A DNA stretch of 64,000 nt from Heteronotia binoei (Eukaryota): positions 55,056,001-55,120,000 of the forward strand of contig NC_083231.1 of the NCBI RefSeq assembly GCF_032191835.1, written 5' to 3'. The notes beneath the pieces are model-generated. The model had not been told where the DNA came from and did not search any database. It worked only from the letters and a program-made list of their open reading frames with translations. A program made the position numbers and the translations under genes. Shown in pieces: positions 1 through 13,300 of the stretch (positions are counted from its first letter, which is position 1; each line of letters opens with the position of its first letter).

Positions 1-499
1 TCACTGCAGAAACTTTGAAAAAACTTAAAAAATGAAATGCTCTCTGCCTGGGAAAACATGAAATAGCAAGGCTTTGCAAGCCTCTCCCCCACCACCGGAA
101 CTACTCAGGTTAGCAATGGCTCTCCTTTGTCATATCCCCCTTTGGTTGTGGGTTCCCAACTTAAAGTACTCACTAGGCACTAGTTTTACTCCACTGAGAA
201 GAGACAAAGCTGGCTCAAGGCATCAATGCTTGGGTTGCAACGACACAACTCCAGAAAGCTTCAGCTGGCCAGAGGAACACTGGGAAGCTCCTCTCCATTG
301 AAACACATAGACAAAATTGCAAAGAAAACGTGGAGTGGATTTTCCATTCACCTCTGCTCTGTCCAGAAGCCAGAGTGGGAAATCCATTCCACATTTTCTT
401 TGTAACTTTGCTCTCAGCTTTAGCCTCTGCAAAGAGAAGGCAGGAGCTGGCAATGTCATCGCAACCTTTGGACCTTTGCAGCGTGAGGTCGGGAAGGGG

Positions 500-576
500 A
501 GAAGAAAGCCCTGTGGGCCTGATCGAAACCCTGGGCAGGCCGGTTTGACCTGTGGGTCGCATGTTTGACACCCCTG
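500..576. mobile_element. Terminal fragment of a hAT element (TIR ...gtttgacacccctg)
   Basis: CAGGGGTGTCAAAC-type terminus preceded by GC-rich subterminal sequence. Confidence 0.5.
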
Positions 577-734
577 CTTTAGACCCTCAGAAACAGCACT
601 TTTCTCTTGGATTTCTCATTCTGTCAGTTTCCATGTAGATAGTGATCAGTAGAAGAAAACTTCTGTTGAAGACACAACCATTTGATTTTATTACTTTTTA
701 AAAACTGATTATTTTAGAAAGTCGTATTAATGTT

Positions 735-923
735 CTGTCTGGGAAAGACAGAAGGCAAAAGAAGGAGGGGACAGCAAAAGATGAGATGGCTGGACAGCAT
801 TACTGATGTAACAAACACGAATTTGAGCAGACTTCGGAGGTTGGTGGAAGACAGGAGGGCTTGGCGTGACTTTGTCCATAGGGTCGCAAAGAGTCAGACT
901 TGACTGTACGACTGAACAACAAC
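735..923 (+). mobile_element. RTE-BovB LINE 3' end fragment
   Basis: gggaaagacagaaggc...gatgagatggctggacagcat...gtccatagggtcgcaaagagtcagac...ctgaacaacaac follows the BovB 3' end; probable TSD attaatgtt/attaacgtt. Confidence 0.85.
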
Positions 924-1152
924 ATTAACGTTAATAATAAATGTTGTTGACCTACAATAGCATTTTACAAATGTCTGTCTATATAGCTTTCTTTGTCTGA
1001 AGAGCTCTTACAACTCATTACAAAAAACCCAAAAATCCAAAGTATCATTAAGCAATCATTAGGATACTTAAAGGTTGCACTTAAATTTAAAGCTTGTCTG
1101 CATGAGGCAGAAGTATCGGTGTTCTCTTTAGTTACATTTTTCTCTTTTGCAG

Positions 1153-1389
1153 GAATTATTTATCTGATATCAGCTCTCAGTAATGTGGAACATAGCAGTG
1201 TACTGCTGGCTGTCTCTGCCCGAGATGGAGGTGGTCTTTGTTCAGTTGTTAATGCAGTTGTGACTGTGAGGATCCTCCAGACTGCCATGGCTCCTGCTGT
1301 ATTTGAGCGATCACGCTATACATTTTCCATCCCTGAAGATATCCCTGAAGGCAGTGCTGTAGGAACAGTCAAAGCAAGGGAGCCTTTGA
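1153..1389 (+). CDS. DCHS2: DCHS2 exon (GIIYLIS...AREPL), phase 1-1
   Basis: ttttgcAG acceptor, GTAAGT donor at 1390, 237 nt cadherin-repeat peptide. Confidence 0.9.
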
Positions 1390-4300
1390 GTAAGTGTCCT
1401 TGGAATTTATTTATTTTTATTTATTTTATTCGATTTATATCCCGCCCTACCCCACCGAATTCATTCAGACAGATTCCAGAACCCCAGATTGCTATGAGTT
1501 GCAAACATATGCAGCTGATACAGCTATAGTTATTTAAGCTCTTTGCTTGACAAACAAGCAGAAATCAAAATAATTAATACTAAGCCTTAAGCCAATCCAA
1601 TAGCTGTTAATTGAAGGGAATGAGAGCATTTTCTCAAGTGTGTTTTGATGCAATGTTTCCTTACAGTTTCTTGGCATTAAAATCACATAAACAGGGTTTT
1701 TTTTCTAGTTACAACTATTAGAAGCTTATAGGAAGTGTTGGGTGCAATCCACATGCACTGTTAGGGGATTCCAATTCATGTCTCCTGCACAATAAGATCA
1801 CATTTTAAAATGGTTAAAACCAGCCCCCCATTAACATACATATCATTAAAATAATTAAAAACACAGTTAAAATACAAACAAAGACATAAAAATGAACAAA
1901 ACACTGGGCAGGAAGGAGGAATCATGGATGAAATGGTAAATGAAACAAAACAGTCTTCAACAACTGGTGGAAAATGGTAACAAAAGGGGACAGATGTATC
2001 TCCCTGGGAGAGAGTTTCAGAGTTTTGTTGCTATGACTGAGAAGGCACTCTTCCACATGTCATAATCTTAGAAGGTGGGTGCACCAAAGACAGGCCTCCA
2101 AAGATAATCATCATGGTTGGAGGTACACGATCCTTCAGAAATGTTGGTCCCAAATAATATGGGGCTTTGAAGGTCAACACCAGCACCTTGACTTGTGCTC
2201 AGAAGAAAATTGAGAGCCAATGAAAGTGGGCCAAGATTATAATGACATGGTTCCTATGACACACACCAGTCAACATGGTGGCTGCAGTGTTCTGTACCAG
2301 TTGAAGTTTCTGAACATTTCTCAAGGGCAGCACCACATAGAGCATATTTCCAAAGATTTATCAAAGGCAGCCCACATAGAGTAATCTAATCTAGACTAGT
2401 CAGGGCTAGATCTTTTCTGCCCAGGGAAGGCTGCAGCTGGCTAACCAGTCAGAGCTGGAGAAAGCCACTCCTAGCTACAGTTATCACCTACTTATCTACT
2501 AGTAGGCCTAAACCCATTTTCACTGGCCCAAGAGCATCCCCAGACTACAGACCTGTTCCTTCAAGGGGAGTGCAACCCATTCCAGAATGGGTGATACCTT
2601 AGATCCTGGGTCAGACCTTCCGTCCATCAGTAGCACTTCTGTCTTGTCAGGATTAAGCTTCAGTTTATTAGCCAACATCCACTCCAGAATCACCTCAGGC
2701 ACTGGTTCAAGGGGTTTTCAGCCTCCATGGGATAAGCTGAAAGTGTGAGATTTATAATATCTATAAGTAGAATACTGTTTATAAAGTTTCCCCCATGACA
2801 ATTTGTTTTGAATGGTGGCATTTATGAAACCTTTGCAAAAACATTTTCAATGGTTCTGTCATTAAAAATATTGGTGAGGAAATGGGCATGCTCAGGGGTT
2901 TTTTTGTAGCAGTAACTCCTTTGCATATTAGACTAAACACCCCTGATGTAGCCAGTCCTCTAAAAGCTTACAGGGATTTTAGTAAAGGGTCTACTGTAAG
3001 TTCCAGGAGGATTGGCTACATCAGGGTTTGTGGCCTAATATGCAAAGGAGTTACTGCTACAAAAAAAGCCCTGGGCATGCTAGTAGGCAAGTTGTATGGG
3101 CAGTTAAGGCTGTAATACATATATGCTTTTTTCTGAAGATTTGTTTTGTGGGGGCACTGCTGAATCGTTTAAAATTTGTAAAGCATAGTGGGGTTTTCAG
3201 CATAAGAATAGAGGATATCTTTTGTGAGCGAACTTCAGTCTGTGGAAGAGACTTAAATAGTTTAATTAATAAATAATTATGGATACAAAATTATTTCTTT
3301 TAGCACTGTAGAGGCAAGTATATTAACCACATAATATTTTACTAAGATTGTAGAATGTGGACTAACACTAGTCCATGTGGGTTTCATTATTAACATTCCA
3401 TGTTTTCCTATAAAACATTCTTTTCCTTATCCTTGAGAAGCTCTGCCTGCCTTCTCCAGACTCTAGATATGTTATAACCTCTTAGTTGTACACTGGATTC
3501 AGGCTTTGATCATTTGGTTCTCACAGTAGCTACACTGAGGAATTAAAATTGCATGGAATATTTTTGTTTCCTTAGTGTAGAATTCTTCAGTTTAAAATGA
3601 CCTAGCGGGTGAAAAGTTCCAGTATATTCTGTATGAGAGAAATGATGCTTGTTTCTTCACAAAGTGTTAATTCACAGCTTTGGGGGGAAAATATAGATCT
3701 AAAAAATGGGTTAACATTTAAGTAGGCTCTGTAGAGTGCCCGTTTCTGTGGTGCACTCCAGAGATACCAGCAAGGAAACTGAGAGCTTAGGCAGCAAACA
3801 TCTGCAAGAGCGGTCTGAGTTGTTCAGCTTAGTTAGTACTGCCATGTCATATATGTTACAGATGTTCAAAAGTATATTCTGTTAAGTGGAGCCTCTAAAC
3901 AACCAGATGCCTGACTTTGGTTGTGCTTTGTCTCTCTTACAGATTTCTTGGAAACAATTTCATACAGAATTTCTTCGGGCGATCCCTATGGAAGATTCTC
4001 CATTGACCCTCAGTATGGCATTATCCGCACCAAAAAATTCCTTGACCATGAAACCGATTGCCACACAGTTCTTACAGTGCAATCACAGCTGGGAAGCTTC
4101 CCTGTCTACAGCAATGCGCAGGTCAACATAACTGTGATAGATGTCAATGACAACCCTCCGGTGTTTGTTATGGAATCTGATATTATACATATATCACATA
4201 GCACAATATCTGGCACAGCTCTGTACTTAGCTCATGCAGAAGACAAAGACAGTGGGCTAAACGGAATGATCAGATACACAATTGTGAGCAATCAATCAGG

Positions 4301-7300
4301 TATTTTTACCATTGATCCGGTTCTTGGAGTGCTGTATCTTGCCAAGTCTCTGGATACCAATAAGCCGAAAGAGTACACAATACGCATTGCAGCTGAAGAT
4401 CATGGAAGTCCTCCTTTGAGTTCTTTGATGGTCCTGACTGTGATTGTTGATGAACAGAAGGCACGCCCCACCTTGAGTTTTGAAAATTTGGTCTATCACG
4501 TGGATGTCAGAGAGACATGTTCCATAGGTGCCATAATTCTTCAAATACAAGCCCAGACATTAGATCCACAATATACCCCTGGGGCATTTGTGTATTCTTT
4601 AGAGCATAACACAGATTCTGCTTTGTTTAGAATTGACCCCAAAACAGGAAACATTTACCTACGAAATGCCTTAGACTATGAACTAACTCAGTCACACAGT
4701 TTTAGAGCTTATGTTACTAGCCCAATGGATAAGCCAGGGCAAAATGCAAGTACATCAGTAATTGTTAGCGTCGTTGATGAAAATGACAATTCTCCTGTGT
4801 TCATGCGTGATGTCTATTTTTTTGAAATTGAAGAAAGTTCATTACCCCAAGGTGTGGTTGGCATACTCACAGCAGTTGACAAGGACTCTGGGAGAAACGG
4901 ACAGCTCTCCTATTTCCTCTTATCTGGTGGCAAATATTTCAAGATCAATTCCAACACAGGTAAAATATTTTACAATCTCCCCATGTTGTTTATGAAAAGT
5001 ATAGTCTCTTCCTAAACAGAAGTGATTGAAATATATCTCTTTTGTAAAAAAATGTGTTGCAACTCCAGATTTAGAACTGAAAGCAGTGAGGTAAAGAGAT
5101 ACACAAAGAAAGAAACAGCCTGACTGACTTTTCTTTATTAGTTGACTTTAACTGTTTTATTTAGTCAAGGGTGATTTTCCTCTGCTAAGGTTGGGGTTGT
5201 AAATGCCGTTAGAATAGAAGTACTGTGATATGAAGTTTGACCAGAGCGATCCCCACCTGACAGACTGAACCCTAAATGCAGCTATTGCAGGTAAGACTTA
5301 AGGTAAACAGTGTGTGTGGGGGGAACCCTTTATTAACTTCCTTGGGTGGAATTAAGATGTTCACTAAAGAGCTTGAAATTATGCCCAAGTGCTGGGCTTG
5401 TGTTACAGTATTGCAGAGAGCAGCTATCAGCCAAGGTTTTATTCTTCAGATAAATCTTTAGCGTTTTGTCAACCTTCGGAATCTCACAGTATAAATATAA
5501 GCTCCTTTGGGGAATTCCAGTTCTTTAGCTAGCTTTCCACGGAAACTGGGATTGAGACAACATAGGGTGCTTCTTTCACACATGCCAAATAATTCCATTT
5601 CAATCCACTTCAGCAACTGTTTGCTAGTGGAATTTACCATTTTACACTGCAAAATCCAGTTGCAAAGTACATTGAAAGTGCATTATTGAGTATGTGTAAA
5701 AGTGCTAATAGTTTTTTAGCCTGTTTATACTCAAAGCCAAGCTTTCAGACTGTATAGGAGCTGATAGTTTGACAGATTTATCTCTCCACTTCCACATGAA
5801 AGGCTCCTTTAGCCATCTGTCACACCCTCATACAGTGAATTGACAAGATATATAAAAGATTTATAAATAATCAGACCAGTAGATCACATGCAGTGTTCCT
5901 ATTTTTTTTAACATATGGCTACAATTAAGCTGGGATTAATTTCAAACAAAATGTGTTTGATTCTACTAGTCTTAACTCTGTACAATAAGATATGTAGTTA
6001 CAAACAACCCACAAAAACATTTAAAAGTAGTACCAGTGGAGACCCTCTAAACTCCTGCAGAACTGCAGAGTCTGGTGACAAAGAGTAGCCCTGTCTTTTC
6101 GTATGTTAGTTAAGATATATAAAACCCATCTGGACAATTTACTTTAGACCCTTTGATTGTATTATCAATTAATACCTTTCATGTCAACAACATCTCTTTG
6201 AATCCATTCGTTGGACTTCTGTAGATTCCTCTAGAGCCAGTTTGGTGTAGTGGTTAAGTGTGCGGACTCTTATCTGGGAGAACCAGGTTTGATTCCCCAC
6301 TCTTCCACTTGCACCTTCAGGAATGGCCTTGGGTCAGCCATAGCTCTTGCAGAGGTTTTCCTTGAAAGGGCAGCTTCTGGGAGAGTCCTCTCAGCCCCAC
6401 CCACCTCATAGGGTGTCTGTTGGGGGAGAGAAGACATAGGAGATTGTAAGCCATTCTGAGTCTCTGATTCAGGGAGAAGGGTGGGATATAAATCTGCAAT
6501 TCTTCTTCTTTGCACTCTCCTTTCTTTATACATTCAGATGCCCTGTAGTACCTGGTTATGAGTCTTCCTGGTCCTTTTGCCTCTTTTTCAGCTTGTTGTC
6601 ATATTCTCCCACTGATGACTGTACTTCAGTTTTTGCTCTGGATTTGCTACTAGTAGGTGTAAAAATTAACCTGACTATATTTATACTTAATGTTTGCTCC
6701 TTTCAACTGTGCTATAGATATAGCTAAAATTGCCTTTGTGGCCCTAGGCATTAGTTGAGGACATCACTGCCAATATCAGTGCAATCCTATAATTTTTGCC
6801 ATGACCTTAAGGGAATATAATTCTGTTTAGGGTTACAATGTGGAACTTTGATTCTGCCTAGAATTTCCACAAGCACAAGAGGATGATTTTCACCAATTCT
6901 GTCCTTCAGCAGCTCAGAATACCCCCAAACTGAAATTCTGCTTCTAGATGACTGGAGGCTCCAGGATAGCTAGGAGGGAGAAATCAAAGATCTTCTACAG
7001 GAGAGAGAAAACAATGAAAATCTGGTATTCCTAGAAATTCTAGGGGGTATCCTGTGTGTAATACTACAATTGTAAATAGAACATAGCCATTTGAAGAGGT
7101 GAAAACTATGAAATCAAATGCCTTATCTAAGATAAACAAAGCCAGCTATTTTAACAAGGTAAAATAAAATGCTTGAAATTCAGCAAAAAGGAATGTGGAA
7201 TGAAAATCAAGCACAAGTGATGAAGACAGCTGGCAAGAGAGGCATTGCATTTTACAGATGTGGAACCTGAGACTGTATACTACACAAAAGTGGTAGTATT

Positions 7301-10300
7301 TACCATCTGGAGAATGAGTGAAGAAAAATGGCTACTAAAGATGGGTCTGGGGAGACAATGGAGATATCAAAGCAATTTACTGCAGTTCCATTGCAACAGT
7401 TTTTTTAAAGAGATACCCATAAAACTGGGATGAAGTCCAAATGCTCAAGCAAGTTTTTGCAACTCTATGGAAGATCTTTTGTCTTATAGAAAAGGGAGGA
7501 AAATGCTTGCTCTAGTAGTCTCCAAAGAGGCTGAGAGGTCCCTAGTATGTGATAAGTCAGTCAGCTGGCCAAAATCTGAAATAATGTTCACTATTTTCTT
7601 CCATTGGCAGTGAAGGGAGAGCATTTTGGCTTCTTTAGAATGGCCATCTGGCTTTAAGGTTATGGGGGTTTTGGTATGTGACATAAAGTTGCTTGGAGTA
7701 CACTGAGATTATTATAACCTCAGAAATGCAAAAGTCAGTGCTGACTGATGGGTTCTTGCAAGTATATCTGTAGTACACATACCAAATGGCAGAAGTAGTT
7801 AATGGAGTGTGTTCTGTGCAGCTGATTAAAGTGCTTCCCCTTGCTTGTTCTGCAGGTGAAATTATAAACTGGGTAGCATTAGACTACGAGCAACAAGCTC
7901 ACCACCAACTTGTTGTACTCGTGACTGACCATGGTGCTCCTCAACTTAATGCCACAGTAGCGGCCTATATTTCAGTTACTGACCTTAATGATAACCATCC
8001 CTGCTTCCCTCAGTTTTCTGCCGGAACAGAGTTCAGCATCAAGGTGTGTAGTTATTGCTTCTCACCATTTTTTGTTTCTGGCTTTAAAAGGCACCTCTGT
8101 TTCATATGTGAATCTTGTTAATGTGGAATAGCATGGCAGAGAGAATATTTAATGGAATGTACAATCCATCCAGTGTAGCTATTGCATTGACATTACAGCA
8201 AAAGACCTGTCATGGCCTACAGCCACCATTTATTTGTTTTGAGCACCATCTTGTGGTGACATGATTGAACTGGGAGTAAAAATATGGGTAGAATTTAGCA
8301 TGTAATTAAAGAAGTTTCACAGGGTAGCTGCGTTCCATCTACAGTAAAGTGGTTAGATTTGAGTTCAGTAGCACCTTATAGACCAGCAAGAGTCTAACAA
8401 TGGGAGCTTTGCCTCCTGAAATCTTATACCCTGAAACTCTTGTTGGCCCTTAAGGTGCTACTGAACTCAAATGGAATAATTAAGGAAATATGTGATCAAC
8501 TAGTCAATGAACATAATACTCTTTTACTTATCTTGTGATTGGCAATCATAGCCATGTTATTAAACAGAGGTAACATTCTCCTCCTCATTATCATTGTTGT
8601 CCTCTTTCCTTTATAACATCCAGCCTTATGAATAAAGCTTGCCCAGTGTGCTGTTTTGTTTGTTTTTGGATTTTACCATGGGCTAGTGTGGCTACTTACA
8701 TTTTTTGTCCATATATTCTAAACTGTATTTCATGCCATGGTTAATGTTGAAAACTCAGATTTATGTATGTGTTTTTCGTGGAGACAGGAATACTTTTGAC
8801 TCCCACCTGAGTCAAATAGCAAACGTCAGGGTTTAAGTCTGTAGGCAATCTGGATATTTTTGATTGAACCGTCTAGAGTATCAGGAGTGGCAATGCTAAT
8901 TGAAACATCTGTTATCTGAAATAATTAAAAGTATTGGTATATTTATTTAAGATGGGGTCCCCAACATGGTACCTGTGGGCAATGGCTGCCTGCCAAGTAT
9001 TTTTAGAAAGTGGGTGTGGCTACTTGGGACTGTTGTCCAGCAGATGAATGGTTTCAGCCACTGGTGCCACCACAGGATTCTCTTTTGCTTCTCTTTCCCA
9101 GTGTACCATTTCCCCCCCCCCCCTCTCTTGGGTATTCTCCCGGTACATGGCTCTGCCTCCTCCAGTAGCTATTTTGTGGCAGCTGCCAGCTACCTCCTGT
9201 GGCAGCCATTTTATGTTTGTGCCCACCACCCTGTGCCAGAACTCCAAAGATGCCCACAGGGTTCAAAAGTTTGGGGGGCCCTGCTTGAAGAAAGAACATA
9301 GATTTTTTTGGGGGGGGGGAATTGTACGTTGATTGTAATCTATTAGAATGAATCTGTTTTCTGAAATTCTGTTTTGTGCAAACTTAGCTATTAACTGGTA
9401 TGGAAGGTCAGTAGAAAAGATGAAGAGTCCAGTAGCACCTTAATGACTAACAAATTTTGTGGCAAAGTATGAGCTATCGTGAGTCCCAGCTCACTTCTTC
9501 AGTATGAGAAGTGTCTCACAACAGCTTATACCTGGCCACAAATTTTGCTAGTCTTTAAGATGCTACTGGACTTTTGCCCTTTTCTGCTGCTACAGACCAG
9601 TCACAAAATACCTACTGGAGGAGGCAGAGCCAACACAGCTATGCATCTTGTTGGAAGATCAAGTTTGAGAAGTGGCCAAAAAGGGCTATGGTACAGAGAA
9701 ACTGTAGAAAGAAAGCTGCTTTGTATCTATGGTTGGGGTCCTTCAGCAGACCACAGCTCAGCCCCAGGTAGCATTTATGTTTTATCTGCTTCCTTTATGC
9801 TATGAATTTAATTTTGAAGATTTGGAAATTTGGAAAGTTCAGTTGTAAACAAATTGTTTGCCATTAGGTACTGGAAGGGCAACCAGCAGGAACACTAGTT
9901 GCCACCATACATGCCAGGGATCTTGATTCCGGAAACAATGGGATGGTGTCATATTCATTGTCATCAGGTAAGAATTCCTAACTTGTCAAATGCAAAGAGA
10001 GTAATCAAGTGCAATGTATAGGATAAACGGAGCAGTAATTGTCTCATTGTTCGTACTTGTGCTCAATAAAGCATGGTTACAGTTTTGGCTTCTGTTCCAA
10101 ACCCTTCAGCATGTGAAGGGGGAGCTCACAGTTTCCATTGTATTTGGTATGCTGTTCATTTATTATGAAGTAGATTCCATGCCTTCAATCCGTAGTATAT
10201 GGGGGAGGGAATGTGTCATAAAATGTCCAGTTTTCCAACTTTTCCTTTAATTTCAGCGGCTGGAACCATGTGCCTGTCATGTACGATCTATACAACCTTG

Positions 10301-13300
10301 CCTTTTGAAGGTCACTCCTGTATCATTGGACCCTCGCACTTAAGGGTTTCATCCCATTCTCCGCCCCACCCTTACAGAATCATCAAAGGAAGATAGCAGT
10401 TCAGCCAAGAGATAAATGGGGATCATGATGGTGACACTAAAGTATATTGGTGCAGTTTAGGATTTTGTTAATTATAGATAAACGTTTTTTATATCCCACT
10501 GGGAAAATGATCCTGCCTTTCCCATGACTGGTTTGAAATCTGTGTGTAGCTATTTGTCTGCATTTGCGACATGGATCAAAAGATAATCCGAACAAACAAC
10601 GAAGCTTGTGTCTTAAAGATCATGTTTCATCCTTAGTTTGATGGAATATTTGCCTGATACTGTTCTGCAGCAAAGTTATGTTTATCTTTATTCTTGCTAT
10701 GTGAAAAATGTCATAGAAATAGGATGTGAATGGGGCATTTGAAGGCCTGGTTTTAGTTTATCTGAACTTCCTTTCCAAGCTTGCAGGTCCAGTATATGTA
10801 TTTCCTTGCAGCTGATATGATGCAGTCATACACTATGTACATTTTATTCAGGAGGGGTCTAAAATGACAGTTATTTGAACTTTATAAACCTTAATCAAGA
10901 GAACAAAAGAAGCAAGCTTTTTAAAGAAAAGCTATCATCCTATGATACCATAAAGACTAGCACATTTACTCCCACATCACTCAGGGAGCTTACTCCCAGT
11001 AAAATGCCCATAGGATTGCAGCTTCAGTCTTTGAAACAAGATTTATTTATTTGCTGCATCAGACAGTCACAGCTGCTTTACTGGAATTCATTTTTGGAGA
11101 GCTATGTAGAGGATTTACATCTGAATGCCATAACAGTATTTTGTATGCACTACATTATTGGAGAAAGTTGTCATTATTGGAAAAAGCTGTCATTCATAGC
11201 ATATTAAATATCTAGTAATTAGCATTTTTTAAATTGAAAATTGACTAGATTGTGCCTGGATAAGCTAAATGTTATCATTTACATAGGAAGAGCTCAAATC
11301 ATGTTCCACAGTCAGTTTATACTTGTATTTTTAGTGAAAGAACTCACACTGAACTATCAGAACTCAAAATTACTGTTTTCCTTGAGGAGGGGAAGGGAGT
11401 GAATAGAAATTATTACACAGAGTTGTAGCCTTCTCTAGCTTCACACACACTTGAGAAAATGGTTAGTGTGCTGGACTAGCACATAGGAGGCCCAAGTTCA
11501 AATCCCCACTCAGTCTTGACGTTCACTAGGTATCTTGGGCATGTCATTGTCTTCTAGTTCAGGGGTGGCCATTGGTAGCTCTCCAGATGTTTTTTGCCTA
11601 CAACTCCCATCAGTCCCAGCCAGAGTTGTTGTGATGATGGATTGTGGAAGGCAGAGCAATATTATCCTGAGCTCCTTGGGAAAAGGTTAGGATAAAAATG
11701 GAACTGATAGAATATAGCTTTGTGAGATTCGTATGTCAACCCTTGAGGGGGAATAAAGTCACTGATTCTTTTTGGTGTGGTCTAAGAAAATGCAGTTGGA
11801 GTAGGAGTCAAGGTAGATGCAGCTTTTGATTTATTTGTTTACATCATAGAAAAATACCCCACCAAACTTCATATATGTATATCTAATCTCTCTCAAAAAA
11901 TACACATGACTGTGCTCTAGGCTGCTTACTATGACCGTTTGCACAGTGACAAGTTCTGAGGTATACTGTTCGGATGCTGAAATTAAATATTCAGGTGAAA
12001 TTGTTTGCAGAATCTGGCTGGATGATGAAGCAAACAAACTTTTTTACAAGGAAGAGTAGGGGAGTTGGAACTTAGAAATAGAGGCATGTCCATATGTTAT
12101 AGACAAATGGCTTCCCATGCAGTTGCAAGTTCTGTATTCTGTATTAGGCAAGTCAGTCAGCTCAGTCTTAAAAATTACCTTTTGCTGCAGTGATGCATGC
12201 TGTGATTTGTCTCCCTGTCTTATAATTCTAATCCTTAGCTCTGCGCATTGGCTGATAGAGAAGGACCATCTTACTCTATGGAACTTGACAGCCATTCACT
12301 TAAATCCTTATACCTTATTGTTACAACTGGAAAACAAACATTTTCTTCCTAAGTAGAATTATACCTTTCTAATTCTACTTAGAATAGCACTGAAAGTGGT
12401 TGCACCTGTAGCTCTATAGGTTCCAAAACCCCATATGAGTGCCACGTAAAGAGGATGGAATGGATTTCTTGTCTTTGCCTCTGTTCCATGTACTTGCAAG
12501 GGCAAACATTAACTAGCTGTTTGCAAACTGAGAATCAATTTTGCTGTTGCACTGGAACTGATACCCATCTAGGATTGTCACCTTCCAAGTGATCTTGGAA
12601 GGTGACAATTACAAGTGATCTTCAGGCAACAGAGATCAGTTCTCCTGAAAAAAATGACCACTTGAGAAGGTGGCTTCTGTGGCATTATATCCCATTGAAG
12701 TCCGCCCCCCCCCCCACCAAATCCAGCGCTCTTCAGGCTCCACTCCCAAAATCTCCAGGCATCTCTCAACCCATAGATTGCAACTCAAGACTCATCTGAC
12801 AAGCTGTGTGAAGTCTTTACTGTTGATAAGAGACAGAAAGTATATGACAAAACTGTTTCAGATAAACTTTTTTTCTGGCAATGACATTCAGGACCAAACT
12901 ATGTGCTAGGGGATTTCTGATTGATTTCTTTGCTTTACAAAAACAAACAAAAATGCAGCTACCAATTTGATTGGGAAAGACCTTGGTCATTACACCTCCC
13001 CAGTCTTTTTCCTTGTGCTGCTTTCTCAGTTGGTGCTTCTCAGTCCCCCACTACCGTTTCCCCTGTGGGACAGGGAGAATCACCTTCTGATTCTCTTTCT
13101 ACTAGGGATAGAGAGGAAGGGGTAATTTAGATGAGGAAAACAGCAGTGAGGAAAAATTTGAACACTCTCACCCACATTGTTGTTTTGCCAATTAAATTAT
13201 CAACCCTTCCCCCCCATCCCTAGTCCAGCTACTTTTAGTGTAAGAAGAGGAATAAAGATAGATTCAGGTGGGTAGCCATGTTAGTCTGAAGCAGCAGAAC

